Shown: positions 29,504-40,413 of the stretch, piece after piece | How the letters are laid out: every line of letters begins with the position of its first letter | Position numbering within the stretch: the stretch's first letter is position 1 | From: a virus | Length of the DNA: 64,000 nucleotides | Virus record (IMG/VR): IMGVR_UViG_3300044846_004119 | Span: 64,001-128,000 of that record | Strand: one strand, 5' to 3' | Program-made: the position numbers and the translations under genes | The notes under the pieces: generated by a model | Database searches by the model: none | What the model was told of the DNA's origin: nothing | Seen by the model: only the letters and a program-made list of their open reading frames with translations

Positions 29504-31936
29504 ATGACTTATATATTAAAAAATACATCGGGATTAATTAATACTAGATTAACAGACACTGGAAGACAAAAATTATCTCAAGGTAATTTTAACATCGAGT
29601 ATTTTCAAATTGGTGACGGAGAAGTTTCATATAACTCTTTACCAAGTTCATATAATCAAGCTAATACAAACATATTTGAACCTAATTTTAATTCACAAAA
29701 TTCAGCACCAACACAATCAAATAAACAATATGTAAAATATCCTTATTATGTTGATGGTGTAACAGGTAATACTTATGGTATTCCTTATTCAGAACCTGTG
29801 GTTTCTCCTGTATATAACCGAGCGGCAATGAGAGGATTTTTTACGGGAGACCTTAGTGCGACAACAATTAATTGGAGTGCAATTACAAATAGTTCTCATG
29901 TTATTAATTCTAATTATGTTGTTGATATGTCAGTATTAACTGGCGGTACCACGATTATGTTAATTTATTCAGGTTGTAACACCAATATTGTTAGAATGCC
30001 TGCTATAGGTGATTTATTAACAATCTATTATGATGGTAATGGTGACCACAATTGTGCCTGTAGTACTTACCCAACGCCAAGCCCAACACCTTCACCAACC
30101 CCAACTCCAACCCCATCATATGACCCTTGTATCTTACCACCAACCCCAACTCCGTCACCAACATTTTGTCCAATAACACCGACACCAAATTGTGACCCTG
30201 TTGTGGAACCAGAATGTCTTATGGATATGAGTAGTTGTTACCCAATGATGACATATAAAATTGTCGATATTTGTTTAGGTGTTTACACATTAGATAGGCC
30301 AACACCTAATTTTTCAGGAAGTTCAAATGTTTGTTATGCGAGAACTATCGTATATCCGCCAAATATGACATCACTTTATGATACACTAACACCATGTAAA
30401 CATTGGAATGAGGATGTTATTAATTTTGAGTCTGTTTGTTATACAGATGAGTTTGATGTTAAAATTTGGAATATGAATATTCCATGGTCGGAAAATCCTG
30501 CGGGGTTAATTCCGACAATAAATGAAGGATTTGCGGATTTTGGTTCAGCGACATATATCGGGTCAAAAGAATATTTGGGTTATATGTCGAATAGTGGGCA
30601 GACTGACAGCAGTTCAGTATACTACTACAACTCTTTCGATGAAAAAGTTACTGTACAACCAAAAGACCAAAAATCTATTGCCATTATTCACTATACAAAT
30701 CAAAGTATTGATTTCTTTTATGGTGAAAAATTTGCATTAGAACCTTATGACCCTACGGCGCCTGCTAATACTATTGGGCAAGCAAGAAACTTTAGACTAC
30801 ATATTCCATGGCTTATGTGGCATAAAAATCCTGAATGTTGTTTAGGTGAAACTTTTTGGGTTGACCCTCCAGGGTATGACGGATTAAATTTATTTCAAGT
30901 ACAATACTTGAAATCTACTAAGAATGCGGATATGAATAACCCTGGTATGAGATACTACCAATTATGGGATACTAATACAAATGATGACGGGTTCCCAAGT
31001 AGAGTTGGTAAAGTTTTCCCTGACCAAAAAATTATAGTGATTGATGATGAAGAGATTATTGCTGCTATGTCTTATAAATCAAATCGTAATTGGACTCTAC
31101 CTTCACCAAAACTTACTTTAGTTGCACCAAATACATGTGGTACTGATAATACTTCATATATTGGTGTGTTAACAGGTGATACTGAGTATATGTATGTGAC
31201 TTATAGAATTAGTAATACGATTAATTTTACTAATTCATTACATTGTAACTATTATACTAGAATACAAGGTCCAAATTTAACTTGTATACCAAGTGCGTCG
31301 CAAAACGTGTCAATTAGGTTTGGTCCGGAGTTTGGTTGTTTAAATCAACCAGATTATACACCAACAACTACAACAACTACAACTACAACAACATTATGTC
31401 CATCTGTTTGTTATACGCCACAAGGATTTTACGGTGATAAATTTGAAATTATATGTCAAAAAGTTATTGGTGATATTAGACCTGATTCGTCCGAGTGGAA
31501 AATAATCGATGTAACATCACAATTAAGTGCAACAACCGTTGGAGGGTATATTACTCAAAACGGTATAACAGGTAATACATTTACTATTACTCAAGATGAC
31601 TATGATAATGCACCTTATTACGATTTAAATACATATATACCTCTAACCCCTGTTGGAAGCACTACACCATCTTTAAATTTTGGGGACGAATATTATTTCT
31701 ATGGTTCGTTAGAAACGGATATTCAAGCTACAATATATGAGATGAGGTATAAAATTAATTTAGGTGTTGCTGAATTTCAAGCAACTTCAAACCCAACATG
31801 GACTCAAGGGACTGACTCATATATAACTGATATTGGTCTTTACGATTCTGATAAGAATCTTATGATTATATCAAAGATGCAATCACCTGTTTTAAGACAA
31901 GGGATTCAACAGTTCCTGGTTAAATTTGATTTCTAA
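29504..31936 (+). CDS. Tail-collar / baseplate-associated protein with Pro-Thr linkers
   Basis: N-terminal LTDTGRQKLSQGNFNIEYFQIGD and C-terminal ITDIGLYDSDKNLMIISK resemble tail-collar (gpH N-terminal-like) motifs; PTPSPTP and T9 tracts. Confidence 0.6.
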   Translation: MTYILKNTSGLINTRLTDTGRQKLSQGNFNIEYFQIGDGEVSYNSLPSSYNQANTNIFEPNFNSQNSAPTQSNKQYVKYPYYVDGVTGNTYGIPYSEPVVSPVYNRAAMRGFFTGDLSATTINWSAITNSSHVINSNYVVDMSVLTGGTTIMLIYSGCNTNIVRMPAIGDLLTIYYDGNGDHNCACSTYPTPSPTPSPTPTPTPSYDPCILPPTPTPSPTFCPITPTPNCDPVVEPECLMDMSSCYPMMTYKIVDICLGVYTLDRPTPNFSGSSNVCYARTIVYPPNMTSLYDTLTPCKHWNEDVINFESVCYTDEFDVKIWNMNIPWSENPAGLIPTINEGFADFGSATYIGSKEYLGYMSNSGQTDSSSVYYYNSFDEKVTVQPKDQKSIAIIHYTNQSIDFFYGEKFALEPYDPTAPANTIGQARNFRLHIPWLMWHKNPECCLGETFWVDPPGYDGLNLFQVQYLKSTKNADMNNPGMRYYQLWDTNTNDDGFPSRVGKVFPDQKIIVIDDEEIIAAMSYKSNRNWTLPSPKLTLVAPNTCGTDNTSYIGVLTGDTEYMYVTYRISNTINFTNSLHCNYYTRIQGPNLTCIPSASQNVSIRFGPEFGCLNQPDYTPTTTTTTTTTTLCPSVCYTPQGFYGDKFEIICQKVIGDIRPDSSEWKIIDVTSQLSATTVGGYITQNGITGNTFTITQDDYDNAPYYDLNTYIPLTPVGSTTPSLNFGDEYYFYGSLETDIQATIYEMRYKINLGVAEFQATSNPTWTQGTDSYITDIGLYDSDKNLMIISKMQSPVLRQGIQQFLVKFDF

Positions 31937-31982
31937 TTTTAAGGTTGGATATAATCACTAAAACTTTTTTATAGAACAAAAA

Positions 31983-32585
31983 ATGATTAGAAATAAATTA
32001 AAAGAAAGTCCAAAAGTTTTAGGTCTTGATGTGTCAACTCGAACAATCGGTGTTGCATTATTTGATATACAAAGTAGAGAATTATTAGAATTAACTCACG
32101 TATCACCAGTTCCAAAACCAAAAGAAGAGTCTAAAATTAAGGAATTATTACTTAAGAGTGATATTTTTAGAAATAAGTTAATTGAATATAAAGACTTAGG
32201 TATTGTTAAGGTTATTATTGAAGAACCATTATTAAATTCAAATAATGTTTATACTATTAGTATTTTATTAAGATATAATACCTTAATTACTAAAGAAATT
32301 TATGATGTTTTAGGTATTGTACCTGAATTTATATCCACCTATAATTCACGTAAGTTTGCTTACCCTGAATTAGTTAGAGAAAACAACAAAAATAAGTTTG
32401 TTTTATTTGGGGGATTCCCAAAAGACTGTGATAAAAAACAAATCATATGGGAACAAGTTGCTAAAAGAGAACCACAAATACAGTGGTTGTATACTCGAAA
32501 CAATACATTAAAGAAAGAAAACTTTGACCAAACAGACGCCTATACTTGTGTATTAGGTTATATGAGACAAGAAAAACTTTGGTAA
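31983..32585 (+). CDS. RuvC-like Holliday junction resolvase
   Basis: VLGLDVSTRTIGVALFD, IIEEP and DQTDA acidic catalytic pattern. Confidence 0.8.
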   Translation: MIRNKLKESPKVLGLDVSTRTIGVALFDIQSRELLELTHVSPVPKPKEESKIKELLLKSDIFRNKLIEYKDLGIVKVIIEEPLLNSNNVYTISILLRYNTLITKEIYDVLGIVPEFISTYNSRKFAYPELVRENNKNKFVLFGGFPKDCDKKQIIWEQVAKREPQIQWLYTRNNTLKKENFDQTDAYTCVLGYMRQEKLW

Positions 32586-32611
32586 TATCGTATAAATAAC
32601 CGATAATATAG

Positions 32612-32641
32612 AATATCGTCTTTTTAGACGATATTTTTTTT
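32612..32641. terminator. Hairpin terminator between convergent genes
   Basis: AATATCGTCT-TTTT-AGACGATATT perfect 10-bp stem followed by a T-run. Confidence 0.8.
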
Positions 32642-32662
32642 TACCTTAAAGTTTTGATTTAC

Positions 32663-35600
32663 TCAATTTTGAGCAGTAGTTGAGGTTATTATAATTGGAA
32701 CACCACAGTTTGCGGTTGTTACTGTAAAAGAATAGTTTATTTCAAAAACTTGGTCAATAGATAATACAGAGTTGTTGTATGAACCAATACTTAATTGAGC
32801 ATTCGAAATAAATCCGGTACAAAATGATGAAGGTACCATTGCCTGTAAATAAACCGATACCACAGCACCTGTTTGAACTGAAAAAGTATTTGAATAGACA
32901 CCAGCAGCTAAGCTAGATTGAAACGTATATACTATAACACCATTAACTTTTATATTACCCGTTGTCCAAGAACAATAGGTTTTTGTGTGAGTGTAAGACA
33001 TGGTACAAGGTTGTGGTGTTACAGTTGTTGTTGTTGTTGTTGTTGGTGTTGCCGCCGCAGAACAAGCATTACAACTAGGGTATGTTGAGAAACCAGTGAA
33101 GTAATTACCAGACCAAGTAATTACATTTGTGTTTGGGGAAAATTGTCCCGGTGAACATAAGGAAGAGCCAATAAATTTCCAACACACCCCTGTAGTAGGG
33201 TTACGTAAAACATTCCCAACAATAGTTGTTGGTGTTGCCGGTACAGTTTGAACTAAGACCTGCAGGGTACTAGATGAATTGTTATTATTGTTAGTACAAT
33301 CTGTAAACACATAATAAGTTAAACATGGAGTTGGAGTTACGGTTGATGATGGTGTTGGAGGTAATCCTGATGTTACGGTAGGAGTTGGCGTTTGTGTTGG
33401 TGTTTGGGTTGGCGTATTTGTTGGTGTACTTGTTGGCGTAATAACACAGTTTAAACAATCACCTAAATTAGAAAAACCAAAAGGACCTGCAAGTAAATCC
33501 ATTTGGTTAATACCTATGATATCGTTGTTTACCCCAATATAACTCACACATTTTGACACACCATCAACAAGTGATTCAAAAACCATATATATTTCTATAT
33601 CAAGACCTGGAGTTGGGTTCTCAAGGACACTTGTTGTATAATACATACTACCATTAAAACAGTCTTGGAATTGTTTACTTGATGGACATTTAATTAAGTC
33701 ATTAACAGTATTAAATGTTACGTTTCCTAAAAAGTCACACGGTCTGTCAATTGCGGGTGTAGGTGTTGGTGTGGTTGTTACTGTAGGTGTTGGTGTTGGT
33801 GTAATAGAACTAATCGTTGCATCAACACTAACATTTGAACATACATTTATTGGTGTCTGAGTAGGTGTCTGAGTAGGTGTTGGGGTCTGAGTAGGTGTTT
33901 GCGTTGGAGTAGGAGTAAAGTCACAATCAAATAATGCCGTAAAGTCAACATCACACGGTAATGTAGGTGTTGGCGTTGGTGTAGGACAAATACCTGCAAG
34001 TAAATTGTCGTCACATAAATCAGGACAAATACTATAACAAGGTGATTTACCCGATAATAAACAAATACCACCTAAACTGGTCGATAAACACCATTGAGTG
34101 TTTGTCGTGTCATAATAAATAAATAATGAATTTAATGTACCAACCCAATAAAAATTAATACCATAAGCACCAACTCTTACGTAGTTATCGTCCCATAAGA
34201 CATTGCCCGTATCATATAAACAATAGTTTATTACCGTACAAAAACCTACAGGTATTGATGTTTCAGTTGGTGTTGGCGTTGGTGTTTCAGTTGGTGTAGG
34301 AGTATTTGTTGGTGTTTGGGTTGGAGTTTCGGTTGGTGTAGGAGTATTTGTTGGTGTTTGGGTCAGCCCATTTGTTGGCGTATTTGTTGGTGTTTCAGTT
34401 GGTGTTGGTGTTTGGGTTGGTGTATTTGTTGGTGTTTCAGTTGGAGTATTTGTTGGAGTTTCAGTTGGTGTTTGGGTTGGTGTTTCAGTTGGTGTTGGTG
34501 TTGGTGTTTCATTTGGGGTTGGAGTATTTGTTGGTGTAGGTGTATTTGTTGGTGTTTCAGTTGGCGTATTTGTTGGTGTTTCAGTATTTGTTGGTGTATT
34601 TGTTGGTGTTTCAGTATTTGTTGGAGTATTTGTTGGAGTATTTGTTGGTGTTTCAGTTGGAGTATTTGTTGGAGTATTTGTTGGGGTATTTGTTGGTGTT
34701 TCAGTTGGCGTTGGTGTAACTGTTGGTGTTGGAGTATTTGTTGGAGTATTTGTTGGTGTAGGTGTATTTGTTGGTGTTTCAGTTGGCGTATTTGTTGGTG
34801 TTACAGTATTTGTTGGGGTAACTGTTGATGTAGGTGTATTTGTTGGGGTATTTGTTGGGGTATTAGTCGGAGTTTGAGTCGGCGTTTGAGTCGGAGTATT
34901 TGTTGGAGTTACAGTATTTGTTGGAGTATTAGTTACAGTATTTGTTGGAGTATTTGTTGGAGTATTTGTTGGAGTATTTGTTGGTGTTTCAGTTGGAGTA
35001 TTTGTTGGAGTTACAGTGTTTGTTGGAGTATTAGTTGGCGTAGATGTTGGAGTTTCAGTTGGGCTTGGTGTAGGAGTATTTGTTGGAGTTATTGTATTTG
35101 TTGGTGTTACAGTATTAGTTGGAGTATTAGTTGGAGTATTAGTCGGTGTATTAGTTGGTGTATTTGTTGGAGTTACAGTATTAGTTGGCGTTATTGTATT
35201 TGTTGGTGTTGAAGTATTTGTTGGAGTATTAGTTGGAGTTGTTGTTGGTGTTGGTGGAGGATTTGTTGAGGTAAGAGTTGGGGTGGGTGTTGGAGTTTCA
35301 GTTGGACTTGGTGTAGGAGTATTTGTTGGAGTTACAGTATTTGTTGGTGTTGGTGTATTTGATGGTGTTGAAGTATTTGTTGGTGTTATTGTATTTGTTG
35401 GTGTTGATGTATTTGTTGGCGTTATTGTATTTGTTGGTGTTACAGTATTAGTTGGAGTATTAGTCGGCGTATTAGTCGGCGTATTAGTTGGAGTATTAGT
35501 TGGAGTTGGAGTTGGGGTTGGGGTTTGGGTTGGAGTGTTAGTTGGAGTTGGAGTTGGGGTAGGTGTTGGGCTAAGTGGTGGTGTACAATACCAACTTGGA

Positions 35601-36157
35601 GCATTACACATGTTTAGAGTAACAGTTACAGTTGAATAAGTTGCGTTAGTTTTAACGTCATTAATATATAAATATGGAATTGGGTTTAGTATATTAACAC
35701 ACATGTTGAATGTACCAGGCACCTCAAATGGGTATGATAAAGTTTCTCCAAGCTGACAATTATACATGTCAACAAATACTACTCCGTCAACTGCAGGGTC
35801 AGTATTACCTACGGCATCATTTAAGTCCTTAGAATCAATATAAATGTCAACACACGTACAAGTTGGTAATGGTATAATATTGGGACTTTGACATTTTGCC
35901 GTATGGTCGACCATACAAGCGGCACAACCACCTCCAGGTGTATACTCAAAATAGGTGTTAACACTATTATAGTGAGTCTCAACATAACCAGCAAGTTTGG
36001 CCTCCCAACATACATCATTTGTGTCATAATAAATTTTACCTGCAATAAACTCTGAGTTTGTAACTCCATCAATTGTTGGCGTACATGGCCTAATAATTAC
36101 TGCATTGTTAAAACAACATCTTAAAAATACTGTATTACATTCTGGTATTTGCGGCAT
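32663..36157 (-). CDS. Mucin-like Pro/Thr-repeat, Cys-rich virion surface protein
   Basis: 1164 aa with ~440 aa of (T-N/E/Q/P/V-T-P)n and three shorter PT tracts separating Cys-rich globular segments. Confidence 0.8.
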   Translation of the reverse strand: MPQIPECNTVFLRCCFNNAVIIRPCTPTIDGVTNSEFIAGKIYYDTNDVCWEAKLAGYVETHYNSVNTYFEYTPGGGCAACMVDHTAKCQSPNIIPLPTCTCVDIYIDSKDLNDAVGNTDPAVDGVVFVDMYNCQLGETLSYPFEVPGTFNMCVNILNPIPYLYINDVKTNATYSTVTVTLNMCNAPSWYCTPPLSPTPTPTPTPTNTPTQTPTPTPTPTNTPTNTPTNTPTNTPTNTVTPTNTITPTNTSTPTNTITPTNTSTPSNTPTPTNTVTPTNTPTPSPTETPTPTPTLTSTNPPPTPTTTPTNTPTNTSTPTNTITPTNTVTPTNTPTNTPTNTPTNTPTNTVTPTNTITPTNTPTPSPTETPTSTPTNTPTNTVTPTNTPTETPTNTPTNTPTNTPTNTVTNTPTNTVTPTNTPTQTPTQTPTNTPTNTPTNTPTSTVTPTNTVTPTNTPTETPTNTPTPTNTPTNTPTPTVTPTPTETPTNTPTNTPTNTPTETPTNTPTNTPTNTETPTNTPTNTETPTNTPTETPTNTPTPTNTPTPNETPTPTPTETPTQTPTETPTNTPTETPTNTPTQTPTPTETPTNTPTNGLTQTPTNTPTPTETPTQTPTNTPTPTETPTPTPTETSIPVGFCTVINYCLYDTGNVLWDDNYVRVGAYGINFYWVGTLNSLFIYYDTTNTQWCLSTSLGGICLLSGKSPCYSICPDLCDDNLLAGICPTPTPTPTLPCDVDFTALFDCDFTPTPTQTPTQTPTPTQTPTQTPINVCSNVSVDATISSITPTPTPTVTTTPTPTPAIDRPCDFLGNVTFNTVNDLIKCPSSKQFQDCFNGSMYYTTSVLENPTPGLDIEIYMVFESLVDGVSKCVSYIGVNNDIIGINQMDLLAGPFGFSNLGDCLNCVITPTSTPTNTPTQTPTQTPTPTVTSGLPPTPSSTVTPTPCLTYYVFTDCTNNNNNSSSTLQVLVQTVPATPTTIVGNVLRNPTTGVCWKFIGSSLCSPGQFSPNTNVITWSGNYFTGFSTYPSCNACSAAATPTTTTTTTVTPQPCTMSYTHTKTYCSWTTGNIKVNGVIVYTFQSSLAAGVYSNTFSVQTGAVVSVYLQAMVPSSFCTGFISNAQLSIGSYNNSVLSIDQVFEINYSFTVTTANCGVPIIITSTTAQN
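34255..35575 (-). repeat. Degenerate 12-nt / 6-nt coding tandem repeat ([14 protein letters not shown])
   Basis: Plus strand shows GTTGG(A/T/C/G)GTATTT units with wobble-position variation. Confidence 0.95.
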
Positions 36158-36193
36158 TTATTTTAGTTTTTTTGTTATATGGTTATCTCAGTC

Positions 36194-36201
36194 TATAAAT
36201 A
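36194..36201 (-). promoter_or_regulatory. Putative late-promoter motif TATTTATA (minus strand)
   Basis: 36 nt upstream of the mucin-like gene start. Confidence 0.5.
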
Positions 36202-36347
36202 CCTTTAAGGTTCTTTTTATTTTTAAAAAAAATTGTAATACAAATAACGTTTTTTACAAATTTCTCACTTAACCCAACGTAAATTTGTTGTATATTAATT
36301 AATTTCATATTCCATTCCTATAATAGTATCAATTTAGGTTTTAATGG

Positions 36348-36563
36348 TTATAAACTTAAATAAGTGATAACTTCACAACTATTATTATCAATAACCTTTA
36401 GATTAAAACTTAACTGACTTCCCATAACTGACGGAATAACAAACGAGTATGGCGCCGAATTGATTGTGTCAATATAAATACATATTGTTATTGGGTCGTC
36501 ACAAAGATAAATATCAAATGGAGATGCTCCTGTAATGTTGTTAATTGTTATATTTGTTGACAT
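36348..36563 (-). CDS. Small putative structural protein
   Basis: 71-aa beta-rich ORF (ITINNITGASPFDIYLCD); TATTTATC motif upstream at 36579-36586 on the minus strand. Confidence 0.6.
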   Translation of the reverse strand: MSTNITINNITGASPFDIYLCDDPITICIYIDTINSAPYSFVIPSVMGSQLSFNLKVIDNNSCEVITYLSL

Positions 36564-36648
36564 TGAGATTTCTTTTTAGATAAATATAATCAGAGCCAAA
36601 AACTTGTGAAGGTTGATTAACTTAATATTTTTAATTATTATGTGTTAT

Positions 36649-37551
36649 ATGTCAGACGATAAAGAAATTTTATTAGAATTACTTAGGGAAATCCTTGGTG
36701 ATGAAAAACAACATTATGAGTCTAAAGGGCAAATCGCGTTCGACTGTGTAATATGTGATGAAGATAGACATAAAGGTAATTTAGAGGTTAACTACTTACA
36801 TCACGTATATAAATGCTGGAGTTGTGGTGACGTTAATAATACTAAAGGACCTCTTGGTAAATTATTTGACCAATTTGGAAATAAAAAACAAAAAAAAGTC
36901 TATAAACTACTACAACCCGAAGAGTTTAAACCCAAAGAAGAAAAATTTCAAAAATTAAGACTACCTGAAAGTTTTACTTTATTTAAGGACTCAAGTACCG
37001 TTTATCCTGTTAGAAGACAAGCCTACAACTACTTAAAGAACCGTGGTATTGGTGATGATATTATTGAAAAATATGGTATTGGATTTTGTGATAATGGTTC
37101 CCATAAAGGTAGAATTATTGTACCATCGTATGATAAGAAAGGTGAACTAACTTATTATATCGCAAGAAGTTGGGACCCAAACACACGAGCTAAATATAAA
37201 AATCCACAAGCGGAAAAAGATAAAATAATCTTCAACGAACACTTAATTGATTGGAAAAAAGATATATTTTTAGTTGAGGGTGTTTTTGACGGGTTTTTCC
37301 TACCAAATAGTATTGCAATGTTGGGTAAACATATGAGTGAATTATTATTTAACTCGTTATACAATAAAGCAAAAAAAAATATAATAATTTCATTGGATGG
37401 CGACGCTTGGGACAATTCAACTAGATTATACGAAGAATTAAACGGTGGTGGTCTATATGGTAAAATAAAACTATTAAAATTACCAAAAGATAAAGACGTT
37501 TGTGATTTAAAAGGTGAAATTAACGACTATTATTATACTATGAAGTTTTAA
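36649..37551 (+). CDS. dnaG: DNA primase (zinc finger + TOPRIM)
   Basis: CVIC...CWSC zinc finger, YLKNRGI, GRIIVP, LVEGVFD, LDGDA. ATG at 36649 preferred over the TTG at 36613. Confidence 0.9.
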   Translation: MSDDKEILLELLREILGDEKQHYESKGQIAFDCVICDEDRHKGNLEVNYLHHVYKCWSCGDVNNTKGPLGKLFDQFGNKKQKKVYKLLQPEEFKPKEEKFQKLRLPESFTLFKDSSTVYPVRRQAYNYLKNRGIGDDIIEKYGIGFCDNGSHKGRIIVPSYDKKGELTYYIARSWDPNTRAKYKNPQAEKDKIIFNEHLIDWKKDIFLVEGVFDGFFLPNSIAMLGKHMSELLFNSLYNKAKKNIIISLDGDAWDNSTRLYEELNGGGLYGKIKLLKLPKDKDVCDLKGEINDYYYTMKF

Positions 37552-37552
37552 T

Positions 37553-37900
37553 ATGGAAATTGGTAAATTAATTAAAGTTAAAGTTGGTGATATCAAAGCT
37601 CCTGAATGTATTGTTTGGACGACGGACAATTTAGATATGGTTGATGAAATTATTAAGAATTACGATGTGAATATTAGTGCTATTAAGATATCAAAAGATT
37701 TTAAACTCATTGATGGTGGTCATCGACTTTGCATACTTTGGGAAGAATATGGGGATAAACATGAGATAATGGTTAGACAAGTTCCAATCAATCAATGGTT
37801 GTTTTATACCATATTATTTACGTTTTTACCAATATTATTTCCCGTGGGAATTGTTTTGAGGGTTTTAAAACAAAAAAAAAATAAAAAAAAATGGAATTAA
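37553..37900 (+). CDS. ParB/Srx-like domain protein with a C-terminal transmembrane helix
   Basis: LIDGGHRL motif; hydrophobic WLFYTILFTFLPILFPVGIVL followed by a basic tail. Confidence 0.45.
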   Translation: MEIGKLIKVKVGDIKAPECIVWTTDNLDMVDEIIKNYDVNISAIKISKDFKLIDGGHRLCILWEEYGDKHEIMVRQVPINQWLFYTILFTFLPILFPVGIVLRVLKQKKNKKKWN

Positions 37901-38751
37901 ATAAGATTGCGGAAGAAATTCGAGAGATTTTACAGAAAAGGAGAGATGAGTTAGATTTAACCTTTGTGGAGGACACTCACACATATTATATGAAGGATTT
38001 AGATGGTAATATCAAAGATGATTACCCTTCGGTGAGTAAGGTTATGAAATATTTTTACGAGGAGTTTGATAGTGAAGGTATCTCTTTAAGAAAGGCTAAG
38101 GGTGACCTTGAAGTCCAACAACAATTACTTGATGAGTGGAAAGCTGCTGGTGATTATTCTACAAACATGGGTAGTAGAGTACACTATTTGTTAGAGAAGA
38201 AACTTATAGAAATGTTTGGTAATTACAAGGAAGTGCGACAACCAATTTTTGATTGTGACTTTACACAGATACTTAAAGGTGATTCAATGGTCTCGGCTGG
38301 AAGTGATTATTTAAATCTTATGATTGAAAGAGGTGCGGTGTTATTAGATACTGAGATTGTGTTAGGTGACCCTGAATTAGGTTATACAGGACAACCTGAT
38401 AAGGTGTGGTTAATCTTTAATAAAGAAATGACCGAGTTTGGTTTGATAATTACCGATTGGAAATCCAATAAACCTAAAAACTTTGAACAGACTCATTTTA
38501 CGACAAAAATGAAATACCCATTTCAAAAACACCCAAACAATGCTTTAGGTCACTATTTCACACAATTACCATTCTATGGTAAATTGTTACTTAAAATGTT
38601 GAAGGGTACTAAATATGAAAATATTAAACTATACGGATGTATTGTTGTTTTAGTAAAAGAGATTGGTGAGTATGAGGAATTTAGAGTACCTAAAGAAGTA
38701 ATTACAACTATTCTTGATATGGATATGAAAAAATATTTGACTAAAAAATAA
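37891..38751 (+). CDS. PD-(D/E)xK exonuclease (Cas4/RecB-like)
   Basis: PSVSKV, GSRVH, TEIV...GQPD...ITDWKS, YFTQLPFY. Confidence 0.8.
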   Translation: MELNKIAEEIREILQKRRDELDLTFVEDTHTYYMKDLDGNIKDDYPSVSKVMKYFYEEFDSEGISLRKAKGDLEVQQQLLDEWKAAGDYSTNMGSRVHYLLEKKLIEMFGNYKEVRQPIFDCDFTQILKGDSMVSAGSDYLNLMIERGAVLLDTEIVLGDPELGYTGQPDKVWLIFNKEMTEFGLIITDWKSNKPKNFEQTHFTTKMKYPFQKHPNNALGHYFTQLPFYGKLLLKMLKGTKYENIKLYGCIVVLVKEIGEYEEFRVPKEVITTILDMDMKKYLTKK

Positions 38752-38864
38752 AAAATAACTATATTTTATTATGAAAAATAATATAACATTGGTATGGGTG
38801 CATACCACAACTTTGGATTATTTTATTCCAAATGGATTAACAATAAATTATATAATTAAATAAA

Positions 38865-39101
38865 ATGGAAGATATTTTAAAACCAAAAATTGACCTTAAA
38901 AAACAACCAACTGTTGAATGTGAAAAATGTTCCTCAAAATATTTTAAAGAAGTTGTTTTGATAAAAAAAGTTTCTAAACTAATGACTGGTAGTTTTGATG
39001 ATACGTTAGTTCCATTCCCAACATACCGATGTGATGATTGTGGGCATGTTAATTCGGATTTTGTGTTATTTGACGAAGGTAATAATACTAATTTAGTTTA
39101 A
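38865..39101 (+). CDS. Zinc-ribbon protein
   Basis: CEKC...CDDCGH. Confidence 0.65.
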   Translation: MEDILKPKIDLKKQPTVECEKCSSKYFKEVVLIKKVSKLMTGSFDDTLVPFPTYRCDDCGHVNSDFVLFDEGNNTNLV

Positions 39102-39102
39102 G

Positions 39103-39324
39103 ATGGACTATAAAGAATTTTACATTTGGTTAGATGGGTTTATGACAAATAGATGTTGGACAACAATTAAACAGATTGACATTCAAAGCATTCAAGATAA
39201 AATGAAAGAAGTTAAAGATGATTTACCTAAATTAGGTGGTAATAAGTTATCTAATGAATTTATACCAAACGCGGCACCAACCAATCCTTTAAGAGATATG
39301 ATTTGGGATATCCAAAAAAAATAG
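39103..39324 (+). CDS. Hypothetical protein
   Basis: 73 aa, in operon. Confidence 0.6.
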   Translation: MDYKEFYIWLDGFMTNRCWTTIKQIDIQSIQDKMKEVKDDLPKLGGNKLSNEFIPNAAPTNPLRDMIWDIQKK

Positions 39325-39328
39325 TAAT

Positions 39329-39667
39329 GTGATTATGATTGAAGATATTAAAGTTATACACCTTAAGAGTAATGCTCAACAACTTGAAACATGGATTGCC
39401 ATGTTAAATGGTGAAATTATAGGCCACATATATATGGAACGAGAAGAAAGTAATAAAATAAAATTCTTAGATGCTTGGGTACATGAGGAACATAGACTAA
39501 AAGGTGTTTTTAGAATGTTGTGGGATACTAGATGGGAATATGTTAAAACTCGTTATAGTGGATATACAGTATATGCTTGGTGTAAACCAGGTTCATTACC
39601 ATTATTAATTGAAAAAGGATTCACTGAAGGTGAGACATCAACTTATGTTGAAAAAATAATAGAATAA
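39329..39667 (+). CDS. GNAT-family acetyltransferase
   Basis: GEIIGHI, AWVHEEHRLKGVFRML (motif A), LIEKGF. Confidence 0.7.
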   Translation: MIMIEDIKVIHLKSNAQQLETWIAMLNGEIIGHIYMEREESNKIKFLDAWVHEEHRLKGVFRMLWDTRWEYVKTRYSGYTVYAWCKPGSLPLLIEKGFTEGETSTYVEKIIE

Positions 39668-39680
39668 ATAAATTAAAACT

Positions 39681-40016
39681 ATGAAAAACTTATTAACCAT
39701 CATTGTTAGTACATCAATTCTTATTGGAATATTTGCCGCCATTATCAATAATAGAGCGAATACCAAATTCAGTGGAGTAATAAAAGATAAAGAAAGAATA
39801 ATTGATAGTCTTAAAAAAAACCCCCATGTAGACACTCTATGGTTATCATTACCTGAAGACTCCATTAAGGTTCAAATAGGAAAACAATTAAAAAAAATTC
39901 AATCTCAAAGGGATAGAAATCGGGCGTTGAAAGAATATATTATTTTTTTAGAAAATGATAACCAATTTTTAGGTAGTGTTCTTGCAGAGAAAGAATTAAA
40001 AGACGGTATCAAATAA
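39681..40016 (+). CDS. Membrane-anchored coiled-coil protein
   Basis: N-terminal hydrophobic helix followed by heptad-like sequence. Confidence 0.55.
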   Translation: MKNLLTIIVSTSILIGIFAAIINNRANTKFSGVIKDKERIIDSLKKNPHVDTLWLSLPEDSIKVQIGKQLKKIQSQRDRNRALKEYIIFLENDNQFLGSVLAEKELKDGIK

Positions 40017-40042
40017 TAAATAAATTACTAAAAACATAAAAA

Positions 40043-40288
40043 ATGAAAAAAAGAACACTTAACGAGTTAAGACAAGAAAAAGAATTTGGTTACAAACCAC
40101 CGGTAGATAAGAAAACAAAACCGGAACAAATTTTTGAGATTAAAATTACCATAACAGATGGAGAAAAAAAAATAAAATCAAAAATTAATGTTTCCGATTA
40201 TAAAACATCAAAAGAATTACATAACGTTAGTTTAGTTGATGAAACAGTGGCCGCTTTATTAGTTGAATTTGAAAATAATATCAAATAA
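40043..40288 (+). CDS. Hypothetical protein
   Basis: 81 aa with an A-rich leader. Confidence 0.55.
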   Translation: MKKRTLNELRQEKEFGYKPPVDKKTKPEQIFEIKITITDGEKKIKSKINVSDYKTSKELHNVSLVDETVAALLVEFENNIK

Positions 40289-40413
40289 TAGAAGTAAAAA
40301 TGATTGATATGTTATATAGATTAAGATATAAATTATTAAAATATGTGTTGTATAATCAACGTAAGATTGATAAAACAACAAAGATTACCCTAAACGATTA
40401 AACTTAATTTAAA

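Noticed and set aside
34255-35575. Possible CRISPR array or DNA-level satellite
   Set aside because: No constant repeat with unique spacers; variation sits at codon wobble positions of an open frame
34316-35639. Plus-strand ORFs 34316-34828, 34348-34539, 34874-35212 and 35016-35639 (W/C/S- or V/G-rich)
   Set aside because: Antisense shadows of the Thr-Pro coding repeat; no independent start context
37891-38751. Cas4 as part of a CRISPR-Cas system
   Set aside because: No array or other cas genes, and no 4-Cys cluster pattern; a typical phage PD-(D/E)xK exonuclease next to primase
38771-38863. 30-aa ORF MKNNITLVWVHTT...
   Set aside because: Too short and no recognisable motif; could be real but is unsupported
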